From a virus (taxonomy: Duplodnaviria > Caudoviricetes), in the IMG/VR virus record IMGVR_UViG_3300014838_000024, positions 1 to 56,671 of that record: DNA of 56,671 nucleotides; one strand, 5' to 3'. The notes beneath the pieces were generated by a model. It saw nothing but the letters and a program-made list of their open reading frames with translations, was not told the DNA's origin and did not search any database. This document shows, in pieces, positions 8,374 through 16,862 of this stretch (positions are counted from its first letter, which is position 1; each line of letters opens with the position of its first letter). The position numbers and the translations under genes were made by a program.

Positions 8374-11199
8374 ATGACAACCTTCAGCACAACTCGTATT
8401 GCAAACTTCGTGGTCACGCTCAGTGCAGCGGCCACGGCAGCTTGTTCGGTCAATTACGCCACGGTCGATGGAACTGCCATTGGTGGAACCGACTACCAAG
8501 TGACCACGGGCGTTTTGAACTTCGCCATCGGTGACATCACCAAGACGATCCCTGTGCCTTTGAATGCACTTTCGGTTGGTGGGCTCACTTTCGATATGCT
8601 CTTGTCCTCTCCCGTGGGCTGCACGATCACCACTGGCGAAGAAGGCATCGCCACCATTGGCGTCGTCACTCCTCCGGTCACGTATTTGAGCCGGTTCGAA
8701 TGGACCTATAATACGCTCAAGCTGACCACGAACGGCTATTTTGGTCCCACCACGGGAGGATCTACCCTCGCCTTTCAGTGCCCTTACCATGCACGCGAAA
8801 ACGCTATTATCGTTGAAGCTCCTGACTGGTGCCATGAGAGCGTTTCCGAGACGATCTCTTTCTGGGCCAAACTGGAAGCCTGGAAGACGATTGTCGATGG
8901 CACAACCACAGGCATGGCTGCCTGCTGGGCTTCGATCGAGGCGAATTATATTCCCACTCCCACAGTTGGTCAGCTTTGGGGAGCTTATACTCCTGCTTCT
9001 CCCGCAGGTTATGAGCCTGACGCTGCCACGATCGCTTTGACCCCGGTTGATTACAATACGACAGTGACGGTTGGCGCTGATCCGCTCTACACCGAGCTCG
9101 TTGCCGCCTACACCGGCAAAGACGTGTATCTGATGCACTGGCTCTATGATGTGGACGGAGCCTATGGTTTCCATGGCGCTGATGGCACCACAAAGCTCAT
9201 GGCTCCGATCAACAACTACCAACGTGGCCCGGTCGAAGATGGCTTGGCCACGATCACGCACTGTTGCTACGAGGACTACAAGAACGGTGGTCAGCCTATT
9301 GGTGCGAGCGGGTTTGGCTTCTTGCCAATTTATGACCAGGCTCCTCCGACTTATTCGAGCAGCGCCAACCCCTACTCTTACAGCGCCCAGTGGACGTATT
9401 CTTGCGCCCCTGACGCTGAGAGTCGGGCTATTGGAGCCATCTATGCGGCTCACACGCTCTCTACGGCGGCAGGCATTGCACCTATTGCCACGAAGTCTAT
9501 GAAGATGGCCGATTATATGCGGTACGCCTTCTACGACAAGTACTTCGTGCCGATCCACAATTATGCTGGCACGCTCATGAATGGTGCTGGCAAACACTAT
9601 CTGCTCAGCTGGGGTGCTGGCTTTGGTGGCGGCATCATCGTGCCTCCAGGCACGGCTTCCTATTGGGGCTTTCGCATTGGTTGTTCAGAGGTTCACTTTG
9701 GGTACAACTGCGTCGATGTGGCTTATGCCTGCATGACGGGGCAGGATTTCGCGCCTCTGGGAGCCACAGCTGCTGCTGATTATGCGACATCCTTGGATCG
9801 ACAGCTTGAATTGATCCGTTGGCTTCAAAGCCCTGCTGGACCGATTGCTGGTGGTGTGACCTCCAACTGGAAGGGTGTCTATGGCACCCCGACAGATGCT
9901 CGTGTGAGCGCCCAGTTCTATGGGATGAACTACACTTATTCTCCGAGCTGGCATAACCCGCCTTCGAACAACTGGACTGGCTATCAAGCATGGGGCCTCG
10001 GAAAAGTCTCGCAGCTTTATGCGACAGTCTGCCAGAAGACCGACACAGTGTCGTTGAGCCTGATCACTCGCTGTGGTGTGATCTTGGATCTGTGGGTTCA
10101 GTGGTTCTACACCAATTGCGTAATGGACCTCGTGAACGGTTCGATGGCCTATCCGATCAACTCGTCCTGGACGAGCCCTACGGTTGTGAGTGGTCATACT
10201 TCGACAGTTGCCACAGCAGCGGGTGACTATGAGTATTTGCCCACGTTGAACTGGGACTCGACTGGAAATTACGCTACCTTCTGGTCGGCGAGTGCTGTCC
10301 CGAACCCGAACCTGCTCTATACGACCACATCGACTGGCTGGGATCCTGGAACAGCTGCTGGCTTTGCTCAGGTTCTCATCCAGTATGCTTATGCCAAGTC
10401 CAAGCTCACTGGTTCTTTGACGGGTATAATCCCCGGAGGAACAGCTACATTCCAACAAGTGCTGACCAAAGCCCAGCAAATGATGGAAGTTGTCTGGTGG
10501 AACCAAGATCCAGTTGGGTTCGGTTCCATTGGTTCGCTTGCTCTTCCGAGACTGAACGACATTCTCTGGATCCCGACTCAGTTTGGGACTGGTGCAATGC
10601 CTAATGGAGAAGTGCTCGCTCACGGTGTGACGACTTTCAAGAGCGCCAGAATGAGCCTCTATTCGACGACTGCCAACTGGTCTGGTGTGCAGACCTATCT
10701 GGCAGCAGTTGCAACGGCTTATCCGACGATCTCTGGTATGTGGGTGGCCAATAACGCTCCTGCTTTGAACGCTGCTTTGAATACGATCGCAGCTGACACG
10801 ACACTTCCGATCGCTCCTTCGGTCAACTACCATCGGTTCTGGAATGGTGCTGATGTGGCTGTGGCTTTCGCTATGTTCCAGCAGTATTTCCCGACACTGG
10901 CGGTGCCCACATTCACCACGCCTTTCTCGCCTTGCTGGGTCAATGCTCAGATCAATTACGCTGTGTTCTTGGCGACAGAGTATGGATCCACCACAACCAC
11001 CAGAACAGCAGCAAAAGCTGCTTGTCTGACGGCTTTGACCAGCACTCTAATGAGTGGAGCTCAGGTGACTGCCATGACAACGGCAATCAACACCTGTGTC
11101 GATGCTTGTGTGGCAGCTCTGGCCACCCCAGCGACCTATGCAACGGTGTCAGCAGCGGCAATTGCCACGGGTATTACGGCTGCACTCGCTGCAATGTAA
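8374..11199 (+). CDS. Calx-beta + glycoside hydrolase family 48 (processive exo-cellulase-like)
   Basis: GH48 motifs in order: PYHARE..IVEAPDWCHESVSE, YLMHWLYDVD, INNYQRG, QWTYSCAPDAESRA, KMADYMRYAFYDKYF, HYLLSW, FRIGCSEVHFGY, SLDRQLELIRWLQS..GPIAGG, FYGM, YHRFW..DVAVA. N-terminal Calx-beta VNYATVDGTAIGGTDY. Confidence 0.93.
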   Translation: MTTFSTTRIANFVVTLSAAATAACSVNYATVDGTAIGGTDYQVTTGVLNFAIGDITKTIPVPLNALSVGGLTFDMLLSSPVGCTITTGEEGIATIGVVTPPVTYLSRFEWTYNTLKLTTNGYFGPTTGGSTLAFQCPYHARENAIIVEAPDWCHESVSETISFWAKLEAWKTIVDGTTTGMAACWASIEANYIPTPTVGQLWGAYTPASPAGYEPDAATIALTPVDYNTTVTVGADPLYTELVAAYTGKDVYLMHWLYDVDGAYGFHGADGTTKLMAPINNYQRGPVEDGLATITHCCYEDYKNGGQPIGASGFGFLPIYDQAPPTYSSSANPYSYSAQWTYSCAPDAESRAIGAIYAAHTLSTAAGIAPIATKSMKMADYMRYAFYDKYFVPIHNYAGTLMNGAGKHYLLSWGAGFGGGIIVPPGTASYWGFRIGCSEVHFGYNCVDVAYACMTGQDFAPLGATAAADYATSLDRQLELIRWLQSPAGPIAGGVTSNWKGVYGTPTDARVSAQFYGMNYTYSPSWHNPPSNNWTGYQAWGLGKVSQLYATVCQKTDTVSLSLITRCGVILDLWVQWFYTNCVMDLVNGSMAYPINSSWTSPTVVSGHTSTVATAAGDYEYLPTLNWDSTGNYATFWSASAVPNPNLLYTTTSTGWDPGTAAGFAQVLIQYAYAKSKLTGSLTGIIPGGTATFQQVLTKAQQMMEVVWWNQDPVGFGSIGSLALPRLNDILWIPTQFGTGAMPNGEVLAHGVTTFKSARMSLYSTTANWSGVQTYLAAVATAYPTISGMWVANNAPALNAALNTIAADTTLPIAPSVNYHRFWNGADVAVAFAMFQQYFPTLAVPTFTTPFSPCWVNAQINYAVFLATEYGSTTTTRTAAKAACLTALTSTLMSGAQVTAMTTAINTCVDACVAALATPATYATVSAAAIATGITAALAAM

Positions 11200-11228
11200 A
11201 CTGAGTTCTTCAAATATACGTCTAATTT

Positions 11229-11264
11229 GGGGGAAGCTTGTACAAAGCTTCCCCCTAGTTATTT
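11229..11264 (+). terminator. Probable intrinsic terminator after the cellulase module
   Basis: Hairpin GGGGGAAGCTT-GTACA-AAGCTTCCCCC followed by TAGTTATTT. Confidence 0.65.
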
Positions 11265-11282
11265 AGAGTTGTACTCAAGGTC

Positions 11283-11311
11283 TATTGTACTTCTTCTGAA
11301 CCAGCTATAAG
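11283..11311 (+). promoter_or_regulatory. Candidate sigma70-type late promoter
   Basis: TATTGTAC...CTATAA in an AT-rich intergenic gap between a terminator and the next operon. N4 late genes are transcribed by host RNAP. Confidence 0.35.
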
Positions 11312-11341
11312 CAAATTGGTATTCAGAAGAGGTGAACCACA

Positions 11342-11713
11342 ATGGCTGATCAATGGCAGACAGGGGTAATACCTCCGAACGCAGCTGACGTGCAGACGAC
11401 CCCCAATGAGCTGACCGTTTTGACGGATGGCTCCATTGCAGGAGCGAACCTGGTTACGAACCAGAACGCTGCCATCGGAACTTCGGCGACACTCATTGTT
11501 GCTGCTCGTCCTGGAATTCCCGGTGTCGGGCGAAAGAGCCTCACGATCACCAACAAGGGTTCTAGCCCGGTCTTCATCGGCAATGCCGGTGTGACGGCTG
11601 CCACAGGCACCGAGATTCTGCCCGGCACCTCCAGAGATTTCATTACCTTCGTGGCGATTTACGGCGTCGTGGCTTCGGGCACTGGCTCTGTCGATTACGT
11701 CGAAATTTTCTGA
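11342..11713 (+). CDS. Small beta-sandwich virion protein (spike/decoration-like)
   Basis: GAGGTG RBS; RKSLTITNKGSSPVFIG...TGTEILPG...IYGV pattern seen in small phage structural proteins. Confidence 0.55.
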   Translation: MADQWQTGVIPPNAADVQTTPNELTVLTDGSIAGANLVTNQNAAIGTSATLIVAARPGIPGVGRKSLTITNKGSSPVFIGNAGVTAATGTEILPGTSRDFITFVAIYGVVASGTGSVDYVEIF

Positions 11714-11725
11714 GGAGAACCTCCA

Positions 11726-12250
11726 ATGGCCGACGATACTTCAGGCGTGATCTCTGCTGATCCGATCATTGTCAACACTGGCATTGATCCAAATGGGATC
11801 GTTCGTGAGAACTCCCCTCGTCGTCAGAAGAGCGAGATTGTTTGGCGGGATGCCGCCAACAACATCTGGAAGACCAAGCTCTATGAGGGTGGCCCTACTG
11901 GTGGTGAAACCAGTGATCTTGAACTCGTGAGTTCAGCCACCCCTGGTGTTCTGCCGGCTGGTCCTGTGCCTGTTCCAGTTTGCCCGTATCCTCCGATGCT
12001 CATCCAAGAGCTCAAATACGTGCAGGATGTCGGCCTCAAGTCGAGGCTCTCTCCCAAGAGTACTTCTGGCGTCAAGACTGGCCAGATTTATTGGCGGGAT
12101 CTCGCCAACAACCTTTGGCTCACCGAGTCTTTCGAAGACATCGCCAAAGAGACCTTCTCCGTGGACACCCTTATTGCAGCTGCCGTTCAGGGGGTTCCCC
12201 CGGCTGTGCCTGTGGTGTCTCCCATTCCCACTTCATCTTCTACCAGCTGA
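11726..12250 (+). CDS. Hypothetical protein with an internal domain duplication
   Basis: GAGGAG RBS; IVWRDAANNIWKTKLYE versus IYWRDLANNLWLTESFE, each followed by a Pro/Val-rich tail. Confidence 0.7.
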   Translation: MADDTSGVISADPIIVNTGIDPNGIVRENSPRRQKSEIVWRDAANNIWKTKLYEGGPTGGETSDLELVSSATPGVLPAGPVPVPVCPYPPMLIQELKYVQDVGLKSRLSPKSTSGVKTGQIYWRDLANNLWLTESFEDIAKETFSVDTLIAAAVQGVPPAVPVVSPIPTSSSTS

Positions 12251-12258
12251 GGATTACC

Positions 12259-13263
12259 ATGACCGATTGGGCCAAGATCGTACGAGGCATATCGCCCGGA
12301 GCTGCTGAACATATCGTTGCAATGATCGCTGATCATGCAGACGAAGTGTTCCCCAGATATGGGATCACTACTATTCGTCGTCAGGCTTGTGTTTTGGCTC
12401 ATATGAGTGTCGAGACACAGGGCTTCACCAAGCTCGAAGAGAACCTGAAATACTCGGCTGAGCGTTTGCTCGAAGTGTTCCCGACACACTTCAACCGTGA
12501 GCAGGCCGAAGCCTGTGCTCTCGTGCCGCAATTGATCGCCGATCGGGCTTACGATGGTCGAATGGGCAATCGTCCTGGTTCAGACGATGGCTGGTTGTTC
12601 AGAGGCAAAGGTCTCTGGGAATGTACTGGTCGCTCCAATGGAGAGCTCATCGCCAGGAAGTTGGGGATCACCCCGGATCAAGCAGCTGTTTGGCTGATCC
12701 ATCCTGACCATGCTCTCGAATGTGTCGGCGCTCTCTTTCAGATCCTGAAGGTTGCTCCTTCAGCCGACTCGGGCAATGTCACCGAGCAGACCAAACATAT
12801 CAATGGTGGTCTAAACGGCCTCTATGAGCGGGAATCCGCTTATACGAAGGCCCTTCGTCTTCTGAATTTGGAAGGTGCTAACAAGCGTGTTGCACTCACC
12901 GAACAAGACACTCCCGAACTTCAATCTTCCGTGAACGATCTCCGTGAAGACGGATCTCGCACCATCAAAGGAGCCGACCAGTCCCAGAGAGGATTGATTG
13001 GTGCCCTTGGTTCGGTTGGAGGCGCGACAGCGGCTCTCTCTCAGGTTCAAGACACTGCCAACCAGGTCCAGTCTGCTGTTCAGACTGTACAGTCTGGTGG
13101 TGCTCTTGTCCCTTGGGCTCAGACTCATTGGCCTTTGATCTTGGCCGGAGTGGCTACTGGTTTGGCGATCTTCTTCGCCTATCGGGCTTGGCAGGGTGCC
13201 AATGCCGTCAAGCTGGCTCGTGTCGATGACGCGAACACCGGCCTCAACCCCACGAGGATATGA
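12259..13263 (+). CDS. Endolysin, GH19 (chitinase/lysozyme-like), with C-terminal transmembrane region
   Basis: Likely start is ATG 12259 after GAGGA. Motifs LAHMSVETQGF..EENLKYSAERLLEVFP, YDGRMGN..DGWLFRGKG..TGR, TKHINGGLNGLYER. C-terminal hydrophobic WPLILAGVATGLAIFFAY. Confidence 0.88.
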   Translation: MTDWAKIVRGISPGAAEHIVAMIADHADEVFPRYGITTIRRQACVLAHMSVETQGFTKLEENLKYSAERLLEVFPTHFNREQAEACALVPQLIADRAYDGRMGNRPGSDDGWLFRGKGLWECTGRSNGELIARKLGITPDQAAVWLIHPDHALECVGALFQILKVAPSADSGNVTEQTKHINGGLNGLYERESAYTKALRLLNLEGANKRVALTEQDTPELQSSVNDLREDGSRTIKGADQSQRGLIGALGSVGGATAALSQVQDTANQVQSAVQTVQSGGALVPWAQTHWPLILAGVATGLAIFFAYRAWQGANAVKLARVDDANTGLNPTRI

Positions 13264-13694
13264 TGCTTGCACTTCTCGGCCCTTGGGCTTCGGTGGCCTC
13301 AAGTGTGTGGTCTTTCGCAACTTCCCGCATTGGGAACGTGCTTCTGGCGGCGACAGTCGCTTATGGTGTTGCTCATTTCCGTGAGGAATACGCCTGGAAA
13401 AAGAGCCTAATAGCTCAGGAAGTCGCTCTCAAAGCGGCTCATGCCGAAGAGCTCGCTCGTGAAACTCAAGCGAGTTCTGAGATTGCAGCTGCGGCCACTT
13501 CTCGTGTCGTGGAAGACGAAGCTGCCGTCACCTCGATGCAGCACCAAATCGACCTTCTCAAAGCTCTGGAGCCCATCAATGTCCCGTCCCTCAAGTCTGC
13601 TCCTTGTTCTCTTGACAGCATTTTCGCTAACAGCGTGCGCGAGTTCGACGCAGCTGGTGCTCGAAAGACCAAAACTTCCGGTCGCTCCCGCTGA
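13260..13694 (+). CDS. Inner-membrane spanin (Rz-like)
   Basis: N-terminal hydrophobic segment, coiled coil and C-terminal Cys. Follows the endolysin and overlaps a lipoprotein gene. Confidence 0.7.
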   Translation: MMLALLGPWASVASSVWSFATSRIGNVLLAATVAYGVAHFREEYAWKKSLIAQEVALKAAHAEELARETQASSEIAAAATSRVVEDEAAVTSMQHQIDLLKALEPINVPSLKSAPCSLDSIFANSVREFDAAGARKTKTSGRSR

Positions 13695-13851
13695 GTTCGG
13701 GAAACCGATCCCTCTTCCCGAGGCGACAAAAGGCAAGAGCCTGAAGGTCTTCGTCCTCGAGAACCGAGCTGTAGCCATCGAGGCTAACCACCGCCTCGAG
13801 GACGACGCTGCCTTCTATGGCGACGTGCAAGACCAGTTCGGAACCAAGTAA
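13579..13851 (+). CDS. Outer-membrane spanin lipoprotein (Rz1-like, overlapped)
   Basis: ATG 13579 after GGAG. MSRPSSLLLVLLTAFSLTAC carries a lipobox; Pro-rich mature region; +1 frame inside the i-spanin 3' end. Confidence 0.8.
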   Translation: MSRPSSLLLVLLTAFSLTACASSTQLVLERPKLPVAPAEFGKPIPLPEATKGKSLKVFVLENRAVAIEANHRLEDDAAFYGDVQDQFGTK

Positions 13852-13867
13852 AGTAAGGTGTTTAGAG

Positions 13868-14173
13868 ATGATCGACGTTGACTACACAATGCGCCTTGGT
13901 GACATTCTGCAAGCTGTTGTAGTCGCAGTGGGAGGTCTCACCGTGTTCAACCAAATGAGAAACGAATCCAACGAGAACAAATCTCGGCTTGATCGTGTCG
14001 ATGGTGAACTGATCAAGCAGACCGACATCCTTACTCGTCTTGCTTCTGGTGAAGAGCGCATGAATGGCTTTAGTCATCGTCTTTCGATGGTGGAGCAGCG
14101 TCTGTTCAACCAACGTGATCGTGATCGTGAGAATAATCGCTGTGATCCACGAGATCGTAACGACGTTGCGTAG
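13868..14173 (+). CDS. Putative holin-like membrane protein
   Basis: One N-terminal TM segment (ILQAVVVAVGGLTVF), a coiled coil and a charged tail, at the end of the lysis cassette. Confidence 0.45.
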   Translation: MIDVDYTMRLGDILQAVVVAVGGLTVFNQMRNESNENKSRLDRVDGELIKQTDILTRLASGEERMNGFSHRLSMVEQRLFNQRDRDRENNRCDPRDRNDVA

Positions 14174-14198
14174 TCCAACACGGTAGGAAGAGTCCCCA

Positions 14199-16442
14199 AT
14201 GGATTATAAAACCACCAGTGCGATGGAACCGAATGTCAACGGTAACGACAGCGACATGCAGTTCCAGCAGGCGGAAAGTGTCTCCACAAAGCTCACCGAG
14301 TGGACGAACGAACCGTGCGTGGAAGATCTAAAGCGGGATCTCGAAGCGGCAAGACCTCACCACACCACCCAGATGGCGCTTATCGAGGCATGGAATGATC
14401 TGCTCCATGTTCGAGGCAAAGCCAAACCTCCGGAAGTCAAGGGACGTTCTCGTGTCCAACCAAAGCTCATTCGGCGTCAAGCTGAGTGGCGCTATTCGGC
14501 GCTGACAGAGCCTTTCCTTGGCTCAGACAAGCTCTTCAAGGTCGATCCTGTGACTTTTGAAGACGCTGACGCAGCTGAGCAGAACGAGCTTGTTCTGAAT
14601 TGGCAGTTTCGAACCAAGATGAACCGAGTCAAGTTCATCGACGATTATGTTCGTTCCAATGTGGACGAAGGTACCTGTATCGTTCGAGTGGGCTGGAAAC
14701 GAGTCACAGTCAAAGTCAAGCAGCAAGTTCCGGTATGGTCTCACCATGCAATGACGGACGAAGCGAGTGCTCAGAAGCTTCAGCAGGCTCTCGCTTTGAA
14801 GCAGGAAAATCCTCGTGGATATTCCGAGCAGGTTCCTCCTGAAATCCAAGCGGCTGTGGACTACTATGAAGAGTCCCAGATCCCTACGGTTGCAGTTCAA
14901 ACTGGCACCCAGGAGGTCATGGTCGAGAAAGCTATCGAGAACCGACCCACAGCTGAGGTGCTTTCTCCTGAGAACGTGGTCATTGATCCTTCGTGCAATG
15001 GTGACATCGACAAAGCGAATTTCTGTGTGATCTCTTTTGAGACCTGCAAGGCAGAGCTCCTAAAGGAACCAGACAAATACAAGAACCTTGAGCATGTCGT
15101 CTGGACTTCGAACAGTCCTTCGACAGAGCCGAACCATGCCACCCACACCCCAGCTGACTTCGTGCTGAACGATGTCGCTCGTAGGAAAATCGTCGCCTAC
15201 GAATATTGGGGTTTCTGGGACATGGAGAACGATGGGAAGCTCGTTCCCTTCGTTGCCACTTGGATCGGTGCCACGCTTATTCGATGCCAGGTGAACCCTT
15301 ATCCTGACGAGAAGCTCCCCATTGTTTTGGTTCCTTACATGCCCAAGAAGCGGGACTTGTATGGTGAGCCTGACGCTGAGCTCCTGAAGGACAATCAACG
15401 AATTCTCGGTGCTGTAACTCGTGGCATGATCGACTTGCTCGGTCGAAGCGCCAATGGTCAACAAGGCATTGCTAAGGGAATGCTCGATCCATTGAATCGT
15501 CGGCGTTACGAGAATGGCCAGGATTATGAGTTCAACCCGAGCATGACGCCTACTCAGGGGATCATCGAACACAAATATCCAGAGATGCCAAACTCGGCTC
15601 TCGCTATGGCCCAGATGGTCAACTCGGAAGCCGAAGCTCTCACAGGTGTGAAGAGTTTCTCGGGTGGATTGTCTGGTGACTCTTATGGGCAGGTTGCAAC
15701 CAACACCAAAGACGTGGTGGATGCAGCTTCGACCAGAGAGATCGCCATCCTGAGACGACTCGCCAAAGGCATGTCGGAAATTGGTACGAAGATCATCTCC
15801 ATGAACTGCGAATTCATGTCCGAGGAAGAGACTGTTCGTGTGACGAACGAGATCTTCGTCAAGGTAAAGCGTGAAGACCTCAAAGGAAACTTCGATCTTC
15901 AGGTCGATATTTCAACTGCCCAGGCTGACAACGCCAAAGCCCAGGATCTTGGCTTTCTTCTTCAGACGATCGGCCCCAATGCAGGCCAGGAAATCACCAT
16001 GATGATCATGAGTGAGATCGCCAAACTGAAGCGGATGCCTGTGCTTGCTCACAAGTTGAAGACTTATCAGCCGCCTCCGCCCACGCCTGAACAGCAGCAG
16101 ATGCAGCAGCTCCAGCTTGAAGAGCAACAGCTCAAGGTACAGAAGCTCCAGGCTGAGATTCAGCTCCTTGGTTCAAAGGCTGGTGAGATCTCTTCTAAGA
16201 AAGATCTAATGGACTTGGACTACGTTGAACAAGAGAGTGGGACTAAACATGCTCGTGACATGCAGAAACAGCAGGCACAGAGTGAAGGCAACCAGAATCT
16301 TGCTGTAACTAAGGCTCTTACGAGTCCCCTTAAAGATGGACATAAAGCTCCTAATCTTGAAGCGGCCATCGGTTATAATGCACTTAGTGCTAAATTGGGG
16401 GGAGGAAGCACCCCTCAACCTCAAAATAGTCTTGGCTCCTGA
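14199..16442 (+). CDS. Portal protein (N4 gp59-like)
   Basis: [53 protein letters not shown] and [14 protein letters not shown], as in N4-like portals. Confidence 0.93.
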   Translation: MDYKTTSAMEPNVNGNDSDMQFQQAESVSTKLTEWTNEPCVEDLKRDLEAARPHHTTQMALIEAWNDLLHVRGKAKPPEVKGRSRVQPKLIRRQAEWRYSALTEPFLGSDKLFKVDPVTFEDADAAEQNELVLNWQFRTKMNRVKFIDDYVRSNVDEGTCIVRVGWKRVTVKVKQQVPVWSHHAMTDEASAQKLQQALALKQENPRGYSEQVPPEIQAAVDYYEESQIPTVAVQTGTQEVMVEKAIENRPTAEVLSPENVVIDPSCNGDIDKANFCVISFETCKAELLKEPDKYKNLEHVVWTSNSPSTEPNHATHTPADFVLNDVARRKIVAYEYWGFWDMENDGKLVPFVATWIGATLIRCQVNPYPDEKLPIVLVPYMPKKRDLYGEPDAELLKDNQRILGAVTRGMIDLLGRSANGQQGIAKGMLDPLNRRRYENGQDYEFNPSMTPTQGIIEHKYPEMPNSALAMAQMVNSEAEALTGVKSFSGGLSGDSYGQVATNTKDVVDAASTREIAILRRLAKGMSEIGTKIISMNCEFMSEEETVRVTNEIFVKVKREDLKGNFDLQVDISTAQADNAKAQDLGFLLQTIGPNAGQEITMMIMSEIAKLKRMPVLAHKLKTYQPPPPTPEQQQMQQLQLEEQQLKVQKLQAEIQLLGSKAGEISSKKDLMDLDYVEQESGTKHARDMQKQQAQSEGNQNLAVTKALTSPLKDGHKAPNLEAAIGYNALSAKLGGGSTPQPQNSLGS

Positions 16443-16514
16443 ATAGGATGCTGATACAGAAAAGTAGAAGACGGAGTTAAACACGTCTCAACTCGTAATA
16501 AGGACCACTCAGAC

Positions 16515-16862
16515 ATGTCTGAAGTCGAAGGACTCGAATATCAACTCGAGCAAACCAAAGTTCTGAAGCATCGCCGTGAGATGGCAGAACGCCTGTTCAA
16601 GAATCCGGACTTCCGTGCATTGATCGTCGATGGTTTCTGCCGTGACGATGCTGCTCGGTTCGTTCAAGAGAGCGGTGATCCTGCTCTGAGTGAAAAGCCT
16701 GGTGCTCGTGAAGATTGTCTAGCGATGGCTCAGGCCAGTGGACATCTGAAGCGTTATTTGGCGATGCAAATTCAGATGGGCTCAACTGCCGAGCGAAACA
16801 TCTCAGAGCTCGAAAATGCTCTGACCGAAGCTCGTCTGGAAGAGGGCTTCAATCATGGGTGA
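16515..16862 (+). CDS. Conserved N4-like head-region protein
   Basis: 115 aa, ERLFKNPDFRALIVDGF motif, between portal and the gp57-like gene. Confidence 0.7.
   Translation: MSEVEGLEYQLEQTKVLKHRREMAERLFKNPDFRALIVDGFCRDDAARFVQESGDPALSEKPGAREDCLAMAQASGHLKRYLAMQIQMGSTAERNISELENALTEARLEEGFNHG

Noticed and set aside
8146-10833. Long minus-strand ORFs (483 aa and 382 aa) opposite the GH48 gene
   Set aside because: Antisense shadows produced by codon bias. They have no recognisable motifs, and the + strand has a full GH48 motif set.
3213-11199. Alternative genetic code (stop-codon reassignment) explaining the fragmented tail genes
   Set aside because: The junctions use TAA as well as TGA, some change frame, and core genes are intact under the standard code.
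11980-12258. 93-aa N-terminal extension of the endolysin ORF
   Set aside because: It overlaps the 11726-12250 gene out of frame. ATG 12259 has a good RBS, and the recognisable protein starts there.
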